Virus record (IMG/VR): IMGVR_UViG_3300045988_004573
Location: 32,001-96,000 of that record
DNA length: 64,000 nt
Reading direction: 5' to 3' (one strand)
Source: a virus
Position 1 is the first letter of the stretch, and each line of letters begins with the position of its first letter. The notes under the pieces were generated by a model, which made no database searches, was not told where the DNA came from, and saw nothing but the letters and a program-made list of their open reading frames with translations. The translations under genes and the position numbers were made by a program. Positions 38,601-47,746 of this stretch are shown here, in pieces.

Positions 38601-39302
38601 ATCTAGATAACCCTCTTTCTGGTTCTCTCCAAGTAATCTATCAAGACCTGTCAAGGCACTAAGACCTCCAGTGATATTACCAGCGAATGATATAGTACCT
38701 CCAACTATATTAGCACTCATACCAGCTAGACCATTCCATATCTTATCTGCTAGTGGCTGATTCTCAGATACTTCATCATGTATTCTAGCAGCCATCTTCT
38801 TAGCTGCTGTCTCTGGACCAAAAGCTTCTGACTCAGTTTGGTAAATGGACATAAGCTCTACCTTCTTATTACCATCCAGAGGGAAGTACTCAGTACCTTT
38901 GAATCTCTTATAGTATGGTGAGACTTCATCCAACATCTTGTCAAAGTCTTCCCATTGCCTTCTAGTGCTTCCTATAAGAGTACCATTGTTAGCAACACCA
39001 GTATTGTATTCCTCCTCATAGGTCTGCTTAGTATTCTGATATACTTGCAGGTTCTCTATGTCATCATCTGGGGAAGAGAGATATATACTATCTCTCTTCT
39101 CAGGTGACATACCTTTTAGGATGTTATAGTCTTCCCTATTCCCAAACTTATTCTTAAAGGAGCTATTTCTAAAGTACCTATCCTTTCTGTTATCATCCCA
39201 GTTAGTGTACCCTAACTTATTAAGTTCCTCTATATTATCCTTCTCCCACTGTGCCCTATCTTGAGCTGTGAGACCTTTAACATTAAATACAAAGTCTGAC
39301 AT
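32661..39302 (-). CDS. Giant (2213 aa) virion/tail-associated protein with a C-terminal PD-(D/E)xK nuclease domain
   Basis: Uninterrupted ORF, last in the - strand block. Long coiled-coil and low-complexity regions. RecB-like nuclease motifs lie around residues 1871-2056 (see findings). Confidence 0.8.
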   Translation of the reverse strand: MSDFVFNVKGLTAQDRAQWEKDNIEELNKLGYTNWDDNRKDRYFRNSSFKNKFGNREDYNILKGMSPEKRDSIYLSSPDDDIENLQVYQNTKQTYEEEYNTGVANNGTLIGSTRRQWEDFDKMLDEVSPYYKRFKGTEYFPLDGNKKVELMSIYQTESEAFGPETAAKKMAARIHDEVSENQPLADKIWNGLAGMSANIVGGTISFAGNITGGLSALTGLDRLLGENQKEGYLDNLWSQFIDNSWIRYGDQVMKQGTMFTEGDPEKAYNRLEVIRTTEEQENLWDNIFSVNTIPELMQQSGFTVASMLEGYGLTAIGNRVFNTMKYATMGSKLAATAETASNVNKALQGINTWQRRYNAYVVPALVGQGEGALNALNTKQDYLEDAKKMIGEEQVKRMEEEVQKRFQHWLDVTPLSRTGEGVYSRDAKGAYQRIRQQVWDEFQPMYEDALKRAEEDADKAALTNFTINSFINGTANMTLKATMFNGKTREALSRSKVGKLFAGNRYSLDDAGNVVARELTKKQMAWNMAKEMIGEGLEEYSQDVSDAFSRGAAENDLANYIAQRYDGVADDAIVDSMSDNLGAAFAAAGRKAISKDAIQSGIYGALGQAMGTPNVNALLSKGDRVSLEGKSTLGKVGAVARNLWRNPFIESYYNDKQENQDRRESAKALNEWLAQGNNRERLTSLRGSLGWARSMQQASDEGDEFSYRNSRLGKQVQDYFMLEQLKGTPLYDAYMQRYMDILNAQEGDEMAQQIAQYDDRPLEDIKKDAQSMLDVMQKVQVATADLEKSLGNSIPQETKEALIYGKLSMDDWRERATQLENELLSGYGGGIASTLTDEQKKYIARHGSISEPTAFDKDIEAYQTKISNLEKNKSILSDEQKSKLSVLNKQLKTLQDSKKKAMAAYKRVSKGLEEGTTPVLSESDIMSLSPVDRYRMLNPKNRGKYSQEQQDVIARLVEKGTAATSDFMNKVEDAARINDAQMTFLGQYNAALKNPNILSNIENRLRLTKRLEGAEKSYKKLNEIQDYSAFAEAVDNALFEADDYEAVVLDQTLKDNPLYQRYKKDDEVTEGIYNQLLKNDAFSDISEQDKDLVAAMTKFLARKNVDISNYDNAVAALTSADESGKSNLVTWIEALNQKLPDNMKISLENIGTVVDSYKRALESYKKNEEVREEVTREAEEKPVAADKPAPLTGIFASDDATSNLEESGKQIAAEKEAEKAPETVTTPTQPSETEGEGVTVLSDDFINNNDGEVLTAAEQAINAVRNASAIYDEDAKQAAISAINKLGSKHYNSTEELQEAIAKEAVKLLGSATQGGDINERSGSLLQQASHAIKVEKKEAEKVTSPTEVPQQKPTISLARINSNLSGFLSRKFREWKVDEYLRSGKLSRKSGNRSVVFYAALDDITTGVKESMKNSSTAYTDEQHLPVLAIVEDGDGPIVIGNKRYQPIGVLPRTELDSRAGQIRQLAIEQPNKIISAGNRKVTSSVIVASPPLNISTSRETDRDFASLISEDLSPEDRAIIEDTTQDPIRRNAAYNKYVRKVASRLFAKKDKAGKPTLYYRLPTMKGDESVSEIPVLTKTLDETTSPRNGKSLAEVLSTGNATDIVYFNSRTRDFIRVLNSLVKNNDLTELTSDGTNFTGESKALSIIEGINNMLRRHIYSTSAEYSIRPANVDGSLGLDLYLGDENLGRIVNSVTEKEVTAENMAVILSNLLMPSGSFRQGVNWQVDKDPSYYTPNTKHYKEENVTNLIYDNILRVGIDRLERVISGVEVSSPVALREPVPANPTPTVVNADNSTPTSSQDTGTATTQSGEKVDTDTGLTEQGKEVRNEITTAMEEAQKVSERIEADSREIQLSEDGLTYVNTRTGKTYARVTSIIQADEQAGERFDPNSPWVTPSTNIGTGIDEFVRDFFNGLITSSPEGWLKDGRSVEMTYPNTSKEALNRFAEQLQKFKNYLDAQGLTVIPRDIVATGTLQVTDSNGGVHEIAVAGTLDLLAYDREGNFYIFDMKTHRAKNISEEKAAKYSRQLSLYKQFLEGKYGIKVKSLNIIPIHVEYPAPNDNNTYSVAKGNQLLLNDKEYKQANPVLGEVGQIPESPISIQYDKLSASEKALIGEITPTESKVESAETKPEPQVKRDGELTVGKVRTKRKPIVRKAGAKPIKVESNPTGISFSSLSPEQQEALRTKYSETIDIEEFFNSWTKQEKQHELDCLG

Positions 39303-40639
39303 TATAATCCCTCATTTTGTTGTTGTTCTGGAGCAGTTACATCTATTCCAGCTACTCCTGTACCTTTCCTTACTACTCTATAGTGGTTCTTTGAGAAGTA
39401 ATCTTGGTCTTCATATATATCTACATCAGCTACAGATAAGCCATTCTCCTTCAAGTCATCCTGTAACTTCTTTCTGGCTTTAGGACTTAACTTACTAAAG
39501 TCTATCAACTTAGCATCACTTTCACTGAAATCATCACTCCACCCTGGGGTATCAAAGCTACCTCCAGTATATTCCAATGTTGTGAATGTAGATTGCTTTT
39601 CAGCAGTACTCCTAGACACTCCTCCTGCTGTAGTAGAACTAGATGGGAATGCTACAGGCTTATAAGTACCATCAGGTGCTATTTCAACAGCTCTTCCAGC
39701 ACCTATAACCTTTAGTCTATTTCCATTAGGAAGTAATATACCCTTTGTAGATTCCTCCTTCTGTTCTCTAGCCAATTGTTGCTGCTCTTTAGCCATTTCA
39801 AGTCTATCCTTCTCCATATTCAACCTCTCTCTTTCTGCTGGACTTATATAGCCTCTGTTATTCATAACATCATACTTAGCTGTACCTATACCTTCATATA
39901 GACCAGAGTTAATGAATCCTCTAGCTCTGTCTTGAATATCTTGGCTGTACTTGCTTAACCCTGCCTCGTTGAATACTGTCTCTGCTATCTGCCTTAATTC
40001 AGCAGGAGCATTATCATCATTAAGTATGGTTTGCATTATCTGAGCAGGAGTGTAACCCATTTGTGTCATCTGTTGGAAGTATTGACCTCCAAGTATAGAT
40101 TGGTACTTAGGATTGCCTTGAACTACCTTAGCAAGATTACTTGCCATTTGAGCTGCTCTTTTGGTTAACTCATTACCACTTATAGGATTATAGGTAGCAT
40201 TAGGATTGTCCAGAAGGTAATCTAATTGGGTCTTTGAATAATCGACATCAAACATGAGTGATGGGTCTCTTAGCAGAGCCTCTCTCTGTTCTTTAGTAAG
40301 AGCTTCTCTTCTAGCTACAGCAGTCTCTATTGGAACTACCTCAGAATTATATCTTCTCTTCATGTTAAGAAGCCCTTGCCTACTTGCAGGTGTAAGACCA
40401 TGCTTAGCTAACATACTAGCTTGCTTCTCCAAGTCTTTAGCATAGGAGTTATACATATTAGCTGTCTTACTGTCAGGTACTTCATTAGCATACATCTTCA
40501 TTAAGTCAGCCTTAGCTCCTAGTTCCTCTATACCACTTTGTACAGTATTATAAGCATCTGCTGCCATAGCAAGAGGCTTAAGCATCTCATCAAAGGTGTA
40601 TGGGTTGAATTTTGCATTATTAGTTAATACTATCTTCAT
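39302..40639 (-). CDS. Virion-module protein of unknown function
   Basis: 445-aa ORF with 1-nt and 4-nt overlaps with its neighbours (TAATG, ATGA). Confidence 0.7.
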   Translation of the reverse strand: MKIVLTNNAKFNPYTFDEMLKPLAMAADAYNTVQSGIEELGAKADLMKMYANEVPDSKTANMYNSYAKDLEKQASMLAKHGLTPASRQGLLNMKRRYNSEVVPIETAVARREALTKEQREALLRDPSLMFDVDYSKTQLDYLLDNPNATYNPISGNELTKRAAQMASNLAKVVQGNPKYQSILGGQYFQQMTQMGYTPAQIMQTILNDDNAPAELRQIAETVFNEAGLSKYSQDIQDRARGFINSGLYEGIGTAKYDVMNNRGYISPAERERLNMEKDRLEMAKEQQQLAREQKEESTKGILLPNGNRLKVIGAGRAVEIAPDGTYKPVAFPSSSTTAGGVSRSTAEKQSTFTTLEYTGGSFDTPGWSDDFSESDAKLIDFSKLSPKARKKLQDDLKENGLSVADVDIYEDQDYFSKNHYRVVRKGTGVAGIDVTAPEQQQNEGL

Positions 40640-43320
40640 ATTGTGTACCCTTTCCTTTTGTTTCTCTTAATCTTACCACCTTTGCTTCTCTTAGGAGCAG
40701 CAGTATTATTACCCCCAGTATATTGACCCCTAGTATTATATGGTAATGCCCCTATATCAGCAAGCCATCTTAGGGTATCTCTATCAGTAAGCTCTCTTCC
40801 TAGGTCTCCTAATCCCTGAATGAAATTAGTAAGGTTAGCACTCTTCTCGGCTCTATTACCTTCCAGTATTCTTTGCCTCATATTAGCTAGCTGACCATAT
40901 AGACTAGCTTGCTTACCAAGTAGCTCTGAGTTGAACATATCAACTTTAGTACCTTGTTCAGAGTTGAACATATTGGTCTGTCTGTTGAACCCAGTAACTC
41001 TTTCTTTGAGTGCTTGGTTATACTCCTCAGCCTGTCTAGACATCTGACCTAAGTTCTCACCATAGTTATAGTCTGCCGCCAATATGCCAGCTAGAGCTGC
41101 TGCTCTATTACCACCAGATGTATTCTGAACAGCTCTTCTACCAGCAGCAGCATTCTTATTCAACTGGTTGATATAGAACATCCTATCCAAAGGCTTGTAT
41201 GCCAAGTATTCTCCTATAGGTCTAGTACCTACTGGTCTATTAGCCCCTCTAACGGCATTAGCAAATATATCTATATTTGAATAGTCAGGGTCATTACCAC
41301 CAAATATATCATTCAATACAGCTATACCTGAACCTATAAGAGGTGCATACCTTAAAGGATTCTGTCTTATTCCTTTAACCTCAGTAACATTATCCCCAGC
41401 AACATTAGAGATAACTGGAGTTCTTAATGTTAAAGGAGTTTTAGCAATATCTGCAACATCAGGGAGGAGCGAGGTTAGATTAGGAATTTCTGGAGATACA
41501 CTAAGTTTATCCATTAATGCTTTTACATTATTACTTGGTCTTGTTAGTATATGTCCTTGACCTAGCTTCCTATCATTAGTTATTCTCTTAAAGTCATCAA
41601 GAGTAAACTTAGACAAATCCATATCACCATTAATCTTTGATAAAGCACTAATATAGGCATCTCTATATTTTCTAAAGTTAGGATTATCCCAGTTCTGTAT
41701 ATAGAAGTTCCTTAACTTACTAAATTCAGAGTCAGGTGAATATGTTTTATCCCAATTTATAGTAGCTGTAAATGGACTTATATATGGGTCACTAGTATCA
41801 AATGCTACTCCAGATTGGGCATAGATAGGAAAGGCATGATTGTCATCTTTATTATCAGCACTGAAAGCACTATTATCATACCATAACCAATCCGGTATTA
41901 GTGTGTTAGGGTCTGGTCCTGGACCCTCAAATCTCTTACCTAGCTTTCCACCTTTAGCATATCTATTCATTCTCCTATCCTCATTCTTAATTCTTACCTC
42001 TTCCTGACTCTCAGCCAAAGCACTCATAAATGCCTCAAGCCCTCTCTGACTAATTGAGTCATTAGGTCTTTCCTCACTTTCTTTGCTTAGTTCCTTAGCT
42101 GCATCAGCAAAGGTCTCACCTTTAATACTGTACTTCTCCTTGAGCTTCTTAGGTAACTTCATTCTATCACTGAATACATAGTCATTGAAGATTACCTCTC
42201 CTTCCTCTACTAAGTTAGGTACTCCTTGTGGGTCAATACCCATCTGTACTCCCTCAAATGGATTAGCTTCATGTGAGCCACCATTATCAATGAATGTAAC
42301 TCCATTGGTAAAGTCTCCACCTTGTGAGTTCAACCATCCACCGAATGAGTGCCACTTTCTAGCATTTCTAGCAAAGTTAGCTCTCTTCCTTGTAGTAGGG
42401 TTACTAGAGTGAAGTCCTCTCTGAATACATTCTGATGTTACCTTGCCACCACAGTAGTCAGTAAACTTACCTCTATTCTTTTTCTTGATATGAATACCAC
42501 CACCCTTACTGAATGTATTGATTGTACTGACATCAGGCATAGCATTGAATGAATTAGGAAGACTAGTCAGTCTCATATCACCCAGTGCTTTCATCTGCTT
42601 GTTATTAAGGTCTCTTGTAGCCAAGTCATACCCAATAGCACCAGTGCTGAATATTGGTCCACCATAAGCAGAGAAGTTAGCCATTGCCAAGAAGTCATTG
42701 TTAGTATCTACATTACTTGCAGTATTACTTAATGAGTGCCAAGCTCTTAGGTTAGCCTCATCAATAGCCCTATTGAGTGCCTTTGTTTTATTCTTGGCTT
42801 TATTGCTGAACCATCCATCAGAACCTACTTGACTCTTCTTAACATGAGCCATATCAGTATATGAAGCCCAATCACTTAGCAGTGAGGCATTATCCTTAGC
42901 TGATGATGTATAACCAGCTTGTTGCTTGGTCTTATCCTCTGTCTGAGCAATGAACTCCTCATTAAGATTACTACCAAAGGCTGCATTGACGAGACCACCA
43001 ACAAGGTTGACTCCAGCACCAATAACTCCACCAATACCAGGGATGTTTGAAGCTATAGAACCAATACCTTGTAGAGCATTACCAACACCTGTACTATTAC
43101 CACTAGGGTTGATAAGACCACTTACAGTAGAAGCAGCAGCATTGGCTATACCTCCAAGACCAGAGCCTGATACTCCTAATTTACCCAAGGCTCCTCCAAC
43201 ACCAGAACCCATGAACTTATTGGTAGCTGCCTCATTCCAGTTGGCAAACTTACCTATAAGCCCACCATCATCATAGGTGTTGAAGTATCTATCATTTCTC
43301 TTAATTCTTTTCTTAGCCAT
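40636..43320 (-). CDS. Large virion/tail protein with a Gly-rich, glycine-zipper-like N-terminal region
   Basis: 894-aa ORF. The N-terminus reads GSGVGGALGKLGVSGSGLGGIANAAAS...GIGGVIGAGVNLVGGLVNAAFG. It has its own upstream promoter box. Confidence 0.75.
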   Translation of the reverse strand: MAKKRIKRNDRYFNTYDDGGLIGKFANWNEAATNKFMGSGVGGALGKLGVSGSGLGGIANAAASTVSGLINPSGNSTGVGNALQGIGSIASNIPGIGGVIGAGVNLVGGLVNAAFGSNLNEEFIAQTEDKTKQQAGYTSSAKDNASLLSDWASYTDMAHVKKSQVGSDGWFSNKAKNKTKALNRAIDEANLRAWHSLSNTASNVDTNNDFLAMANFSAYGGPIFSTGAIGYDLATRDLNNKQMKALGDMRLTSLPNSFNAMPDVSTINTFSKGGGIHIKKKNRGKFTDYCGGKVTSECIQRGLHSSNPTTRKRANFARNARKWHSFGGWLNSQGGDFTNGVTFIDNGGSHEANPFEGVQMGIDPQGVPNLVEEGEVIFNDYVFSDRMKLPKKLKEKYSIKGETFADAAKELSKESEERPNDSISQRGLEAFMSALAESQEEVRIKNEDRRMNRYAKGGKLGKRFEGPGPDPNTLIPDWLWYDNSAFSADNKDDNHAFPIYAQSGVAFDTSDPYISPFTATINWDKTYSPDSEFSKLRNFYIQNWDNPNFRKYRDAYISALSKINGDMDLSKFTLDDFKRITNDRKLGQGHILTRPSNNVKALMDKLSVSPEIPNLTSLLPDVADIAKTPLTLRTPVISNVAGDNVTEVKGIRQNPLRYAPLIGSGIAVLNDIFGGNDPDYSNIDIFANAVRGANRPVGTRPIGEYLAYKPLDRMFYINQLNKNAAAGRRAVQNTSGGNRAAALAGILAADYNYGENLGQMSRQAEEYNQALKERVTGFNRQTNMFNSEQGTKVDMFNSELLGKQASLYGQLANMRQRILEGNRAEKSANLTNFIQGLGDLGRELTDRDTLRWLADIGALPYNTRGQYTGGNNTAAPKRSKGGKIKRNKRKGYTI

Positions 43321-43342
43321 AGTATAAATTCTATATTTGTTG

Positions 43343-43350
43343 CAAAGGTA
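43343..43350 (-). promoter_or_regulatory. Bacteroidota-type -7 promoter box
   Basis: The - strand reads TACCTTTGCA, 22 nt upstream of ATG 43320. Confidence 0.55.
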
Positions 43351-43383
43351 GCTAATCTACTTAATATAGACAAGCTTATAATT

Positions 43384-43426
43384 AAAAAAGAAAGGTCAGC
43401 CTAATTGAATTAGTTAGGCTGACCTT
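43384..43426 (-). terminator. Rho-independent terminator after the 1437-aa gene
   Basis: Perfect 13-bp stem (43392-43404 pairs with 43414-43426, AAGGTCAGCCTAA / TTAGGCTGACCTT), followed on the - strand by TTTCTTTTTT. Confidence 0.8.
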
Positions 43427-43431
43427 ATATG

Positions 43432-46400
43432 TTAGACAAAGTAGTGTACTATCATATCATGGAACTCCATTCTATCAGTATTCTCCTTGTTCATGGATAG
43501 CTTGACATAAGCCCAAGTGTTCCTTATTCTATCCATCTTGTTGGCTTTAACACCATTCCAATCTGTATTAGCTCTAGGAACATTAGCTCTCCATACCCTG
43601 AACTTCTTCTTTAATGGTGATGGTCTAGCTGCAAGATTAGTTAAGCTAGATACACCCTTCTGATATTCATTCCATACTTCAAGAGTATCAAAGGTATGAC
43701 CACTTGCAAGTACTTCATTACCTGAGTTATCCTTAGTCCAACAGTCAGCTCTGAACTCTACAGTGTTGAATATCTTATCATAAGGTTCATCTGCATTAGA
43801 CACAAAGGTTACACTATATGGATAGTAGTGACCAAAGAACATATTGTAGTCTCCTGCAAACTGTTCCCACATCTTACCATATTGTATAGCATAGAAGTCA
43901 CTATTGATATTGAACATTGCTGGTACTTGACCATAACTCATAAATGATGTAAATTGACCTAGCAACTCTGAGTAGACTAATGCTGTCTCATTGTTTACAA
44001 AGTACACATCACCATTGTTCTTGTCATAGTAAGTCACAAAGTTCTTGAACCCTACTGGGTCCCATTTCTCAAGACTATTATTCTCACTAGTCCATTGTCT
44101 AAAGCCTAGCTTATCCGACAGAGAACCTATCTGACCATTGAACAGATAGATGCTATTAGTGATGTTGTCTATGAAGTATAGTCCAGAAGGAGATTCTACT
44201 ATTGACCACTTGTTATTGCATCCTATAGTGTTGCTGATATATCTCTTTCCATCTACCTTGAGACCATTGGAAATCTCAATAGGCATACCATCAGAGGTAG
44301 GTATCTGAACCCTAGAGTTAAACAGGATATTACTAAAGCCTTGTTTCTGGAAACAGAATACTTCATTGTTAAAGGTATTCAGTGATACTACTTCTCCCTT
44401 ATCACCATCTAAGTCAAGTGTAGATGCCATAGTGATATTAGTCCAAGTATCTACTATAGCCCCTGCTTGCTTCTCCTTAGTCCATGTGATAGTATTAGGG
44501 AAGTAATCAAGACTGTACTTATTATAGTTCAATGCTCTAGAGCTAAAGAAGTTATTCCTCTGACTATATACAGGATTGATAAGATTGAAGTTAGTAGGAG
44601 TCATAATAAGGTTACTTGTCTGACCTCTGTTCCTATCATATCTTCCATCTATGTTAACCCTAGTCTCACAGTAGAATGACATTATCTCAACTACACTGTT
44701 CTGGTCTTCCATAGTATAGGGATAAGTCTTAAGGCAGTCATATCTCTGGAAGTATGTATCACCCTCTGTATATGTTACACTCAAGTAACTCTTTGGTATA
44801 GGACTACCATCAGTGTCATAACCATCTATAAGTGATATAGGCTCACCTGCTGGAAGCCATATATTATTCTCCAGAGCTTCTGGTGTATCACCACCAAACC
44901 TGTTCTCTACATTGTCATTGTAAAGCTCAGCCAGCCATAGGAAGCCAAATCCATTTAAGTCATTACCAGAGGTAAATCTGATTACATCCTGATATACACC
45001 AACACAACTATCATCCCAAGGCATCTTGGCATCACCAAGCACCTTGTCTACCTTGTTTACAATAGTACCTGTATAGCCCCAAGTTGTTGCAGGCAGTATA
45101 ACCTGCTTTCTATCAGAAGTATAGTTGAATGCTATGACTGCATGAGGGGTTGACTTATACTTCATACTAACAGGGTCTACACCATAGTTAGTGCTTGAAG
45201 CTGTCTTTCCTCCACTATCTCTTGCAAGTTGCAGAGGGTGAGGACCACCTATAGACATGGCATGGGCATTCTCACTATCATTTCCCCACTCTCCTATAAT
45301 AATAGGATAACCATTCTTTCTATTTAACTCCTCTCCTTGTACCCAGTACCTATCATCTACTCTTGAAGGTGCTATTACTTTATCTATATTACCATAGTAG
45401 TTTATATCTCCAAGACCTGAATGACTAGGTGCAGGAAGTCTTACAAGACTCTGCTCCTCAGAGTTGAATATAGCTACTCCTGATATTCCAGTATGGTTAT
45501 TGTCTCCCTCTACATAGGCATTCCAAGGGTTAGAGAAGTATTCAGTATATGCAGCAAACTTTAAGTTTGACATCTTCTTCTGACTAAGCATAGCTGTCCT
45601 TGTGATCTCATTGTCAACAAGAGTACTCTGGTTGTTAAGAGAACCATTTCTATGCCAAGGGTATATGTAGAATGGGAATGTCCAATCATTTTCACCTGCA
45701 TCCTTAACTTGATAGTTATAAGGCTTGTCGAAGTAGAAGCCCCCTGATATTAGACTTCTAGAGCCAAAGGCACTTACATTCTCAACACCCACAAACTCCT
45801 TATAGAATCCTCTCTTATATGTCTTGTTCTGGGGTGTACTAGTTTGTATATCTATATCAGAAGCATTTGCAGTGAATGGTACTCTACCTACTATTCTCAG
45901 CTTCAATGAAGAGGTATCAAGGTTAGCCACAGCATCATCAAACTCAAACTCTGGTGAGTGCATTGTAACTATGGATTGGTCTATAAAGAAGAACTCACTT
46001 CTGTCTGCTATCCAAGAGTTCATATTCTCAACTCCAGTGGCATAAGGCTCTGATGGAGCATTAGCAATACATTGTATCTCAGCATTTCTATGCCAGTTAC
46101 TAGGTATAGGATAGTTATGTCTGAACTCTGCCCATACTCCTTTACTTACAAGGGTCTGACCTTGGTAGGTAACATAAGCAGCTCCTCTATTCTCTCCTTC
46201 ATCATTCTCTATCAATACCTTACCAGGGACATAATCCCTATCTGAATACATACTATCAGCATTGGCAATATCCACACCTAAGTAGGGTCTTGAGAACCAT
46301 GATGCCTGTGCATAAGGAGAATTGGTAAACCTATCACTTAGGTTATATACTGTAGGGCATAGAATACCCTGTGCAACTACTTCTCTATCAGTAGCACTTG

Positions 46401-47745
46401 GATATACAACCACTCCTCTTACTCTTACAAAACCTTGAGATACTGCCAGCTTTATTATCTCCTGAGACATTGATGTACTGGCTTGTACTCCTTGTATTGA
46501 GTCAGACCCATATACTCCCCAGTTTACAGAAGGATAGTAGTTGACCTTGGCATCTCTTATAAATACTGGCTCTGACCACTTACCTGTCTTATATTGGAAC
46601 TGCAATCCAAACCTATAATACTCATTAGAGTGGAATGATAATATATTAGAGCCTTTACTCAAGTGATTCTTATAGGAGTAATATCCTTTTGCTGGGCTAG
46701 AGTCTATATACTTAGAACCAAAGCCTATATACATAGTAGCTACATTCTCCCTAAGCTCTCCACCTACTACCTTATTATTAAGGAGTATGTTACCTAGAAA
46801 CAGTGTATTATCCTTATGAGCCATAGTCTGAGGTACTATACTCTCACCACCTACATACAGTAATTCAGTTGGGTCTACTGTAGTACCTGTAGAGCCATTA
46901 TCAACATATATCAAGTCATCAGTACCATTAACAGCTATATCAACTACATTAAGTACTGTAGGAGTAGCATCTATACTGGTTCTATGTATAGAGTATATCC
47001 TTATATAATCAAACCTAGGGTCAGGGTTCTTTATAGTAATAGTAAAGCTATTGCTTACTTTCTCCTCAGGACTAGCTCCCCTACTACTGAATGATATGTA
47101 CTGCAAGGGAGTAGTATAGAATATATTACTCTCCTGACCATACATGTTATAGTAAGTAAAGGCATACTGGATTACTCCTGATGCAAATGCTCCATTAGAG
47201 TCATCATTCCTAGATACAGTAATAGTCTCATTAAGATTCAGCTCCTGTACGAAGTCAAATGAGCCATCATTCCAATCCAGCTTTACCTCATCAGATGCAG
47301 TAATGTTAATCACTCTAGCTTGATTCCTTCCATCAATCCAATATACCTTCTGGATATTCTCATTCTCATATACTCCAATACTCTCAATAGGATAAGAGGT
47401 ATTGAAGTTAAGTGAGCCTGTGTATAGAGTGATGCACTCAAAGTAACTACCCTTTCTCTCAAGTCTGTATATTCTGTCTGTTGTGTTATCAGTTGTAAAG
47501 AGAGTGAGGTAGTTATTAAGCACATTATATCCAATCACAGTACCTTGAAGAGTAACTACAGAGTTATTCTTATCCTTTAAGATAATCTCCTTGTTACCCT
47601 TCTCATTAGTTATAGACAAGAGAGTATTATGGTCTCTTGCAGTTATTCTGATGTTCTGAGCATCAAAGGCAAACTCAGAGTTGAACTTACTTACTGTAAG
47701 GTCTCTCTGGATTCCTTTAATGGCATGTGCTTCTTGCTTTATCAT
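43432..47745 (-). CDS. Very large tail structural protein (tail tube, muzzle or stabilisation-type protein of crAss-like phages)
   Basis: 1437-aa ORF that looks beta-rich. Its size and its position between head-proximal genes and the giant distal proteins match the crAss virion module. No catalytic motif seen. Confidence 0.6.
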   Translation of the reverse strand: MIKQEAHAIKGIQRDLTVSKFNSEFAFDAQNIRITARDHNTLLSITNEKGNKEIILKDKNNSVVTLQGTVIGYNVLNNYLTLFTTDNTTDRIYRLERKGSYFECITLYTGSLNFNTSYPIESIGVYENENIQKVYWIDGRNQARVINITASDEVKLDWNDGSFDFVQELNLNETITVSRNDDSNGAFASGVIQYAFTYYNMYGQESNIFYTTPLQYISFSSRGASPEEKVSNSFTITIKNPDPRFDYIRIYSIHRTSIDATPTVLNVVDIAVNGTDDLIYVDNGSTGTTVDPTELLYVGGESIVPQTMAHKDNTLFLGNILLNNKVVGGELRENVATMYIGFGSKYIDSSPAKGYYSYKNHLSKGSNILSFHSNEYYRFGLQFQYKTGKWSEPVFIRDAKVNYYPSVNWGVYGSDSIQGVQASTSMSQEIIKLAVSQGFVRVRGVVVYPSATDREVVAQGILCPTVYNLSDRFTNSPYAQASWFSRPYLGVDIANADSMYSDRDYVPGKVLIENDEGENRGAAYVTYQGQTLVSKGVWAEFRHNYPIPSNWHRNAEIQCIANAPSEPYATGVENMNSWIADRSEFFFIDQSIVTMHSPEFEFDDAVANLDTSSLKLRIVGRVPFTANASDIDIQTSTPQNKTYKRGFYKEFVGVENVSAFGSRSLISGGFYFDKPYNYQVKDAGENDWTFPFYIYPWHRNGSLNNQSTLVDNEITRTAMLSQKKMSNLKFAAYTEYFSNPWNAYVEGDNNHTGISGVAIFNSEEQSLVRLPAPSHSGLGDINYYGNIDKVIAPSRVDDRYWVQGEELNRKNGYPIIIGEWGNDSENAHAMSIGGPHPLQLARDSGGKTASSTNYGVDPVSMKYKSTPHAVIAFNYTSDRKQVILPATTWGYTGTIVNKVDKVLGDAKMPWDDSCVGVYQDVIRFTSGNDLNGFGFLWLAELYNDNVENRFGGDTPEALENNIWLPAGEPISLIDGYDTDGSPIPKSYLSVTYTEGDTYFQRYDCLKTYPYTMEDQNSVVEIMSFYCETRVNIDGRYDRNRGQTSNLIMTPTNFNLINPVYSQRNNFFSSRALNYNKYSLDYFPNTITWTKEKQAGAIVDTWTNITMASTLDLDGDKGEVVSLNTFNNEVFCFQKQGFSNILFNSRVQIPTSDGMPIEISNGLKVDGKRYISNTIGCNNKWSIVESPSGLYFIDNITNSIYLFNGQIGSLSDKLGFRQWTSENNSLEKWDPVGFKNFVTYYDKNNGDVYFVNNETALVYSELLGQFTSFMSYGQVPAMFNINSDFYAIQYGKMWEQFAGDYNMFFGHYYPYSVTFVSNADEPYDKIFNTVEFRADCWTKDNSGNEVLASGHTFDTLEVWNEYQKGVSSLTNLAARPSPLKKKFRVWRANVPRANTDWNGVKANKMDRIRNTWAYVKLSMNKENTDRMEFHDMIVHYFV

Positions 47746-47746
47746 A

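Noticed and set aside
42950-43276. Pro-rich 108-aa + strand ORF
   Set aside because: It is the antisense reading of the Gly-rich (GGN) N-terminal region of the 894-aa gene, so it is an artefact of codon complementarity.
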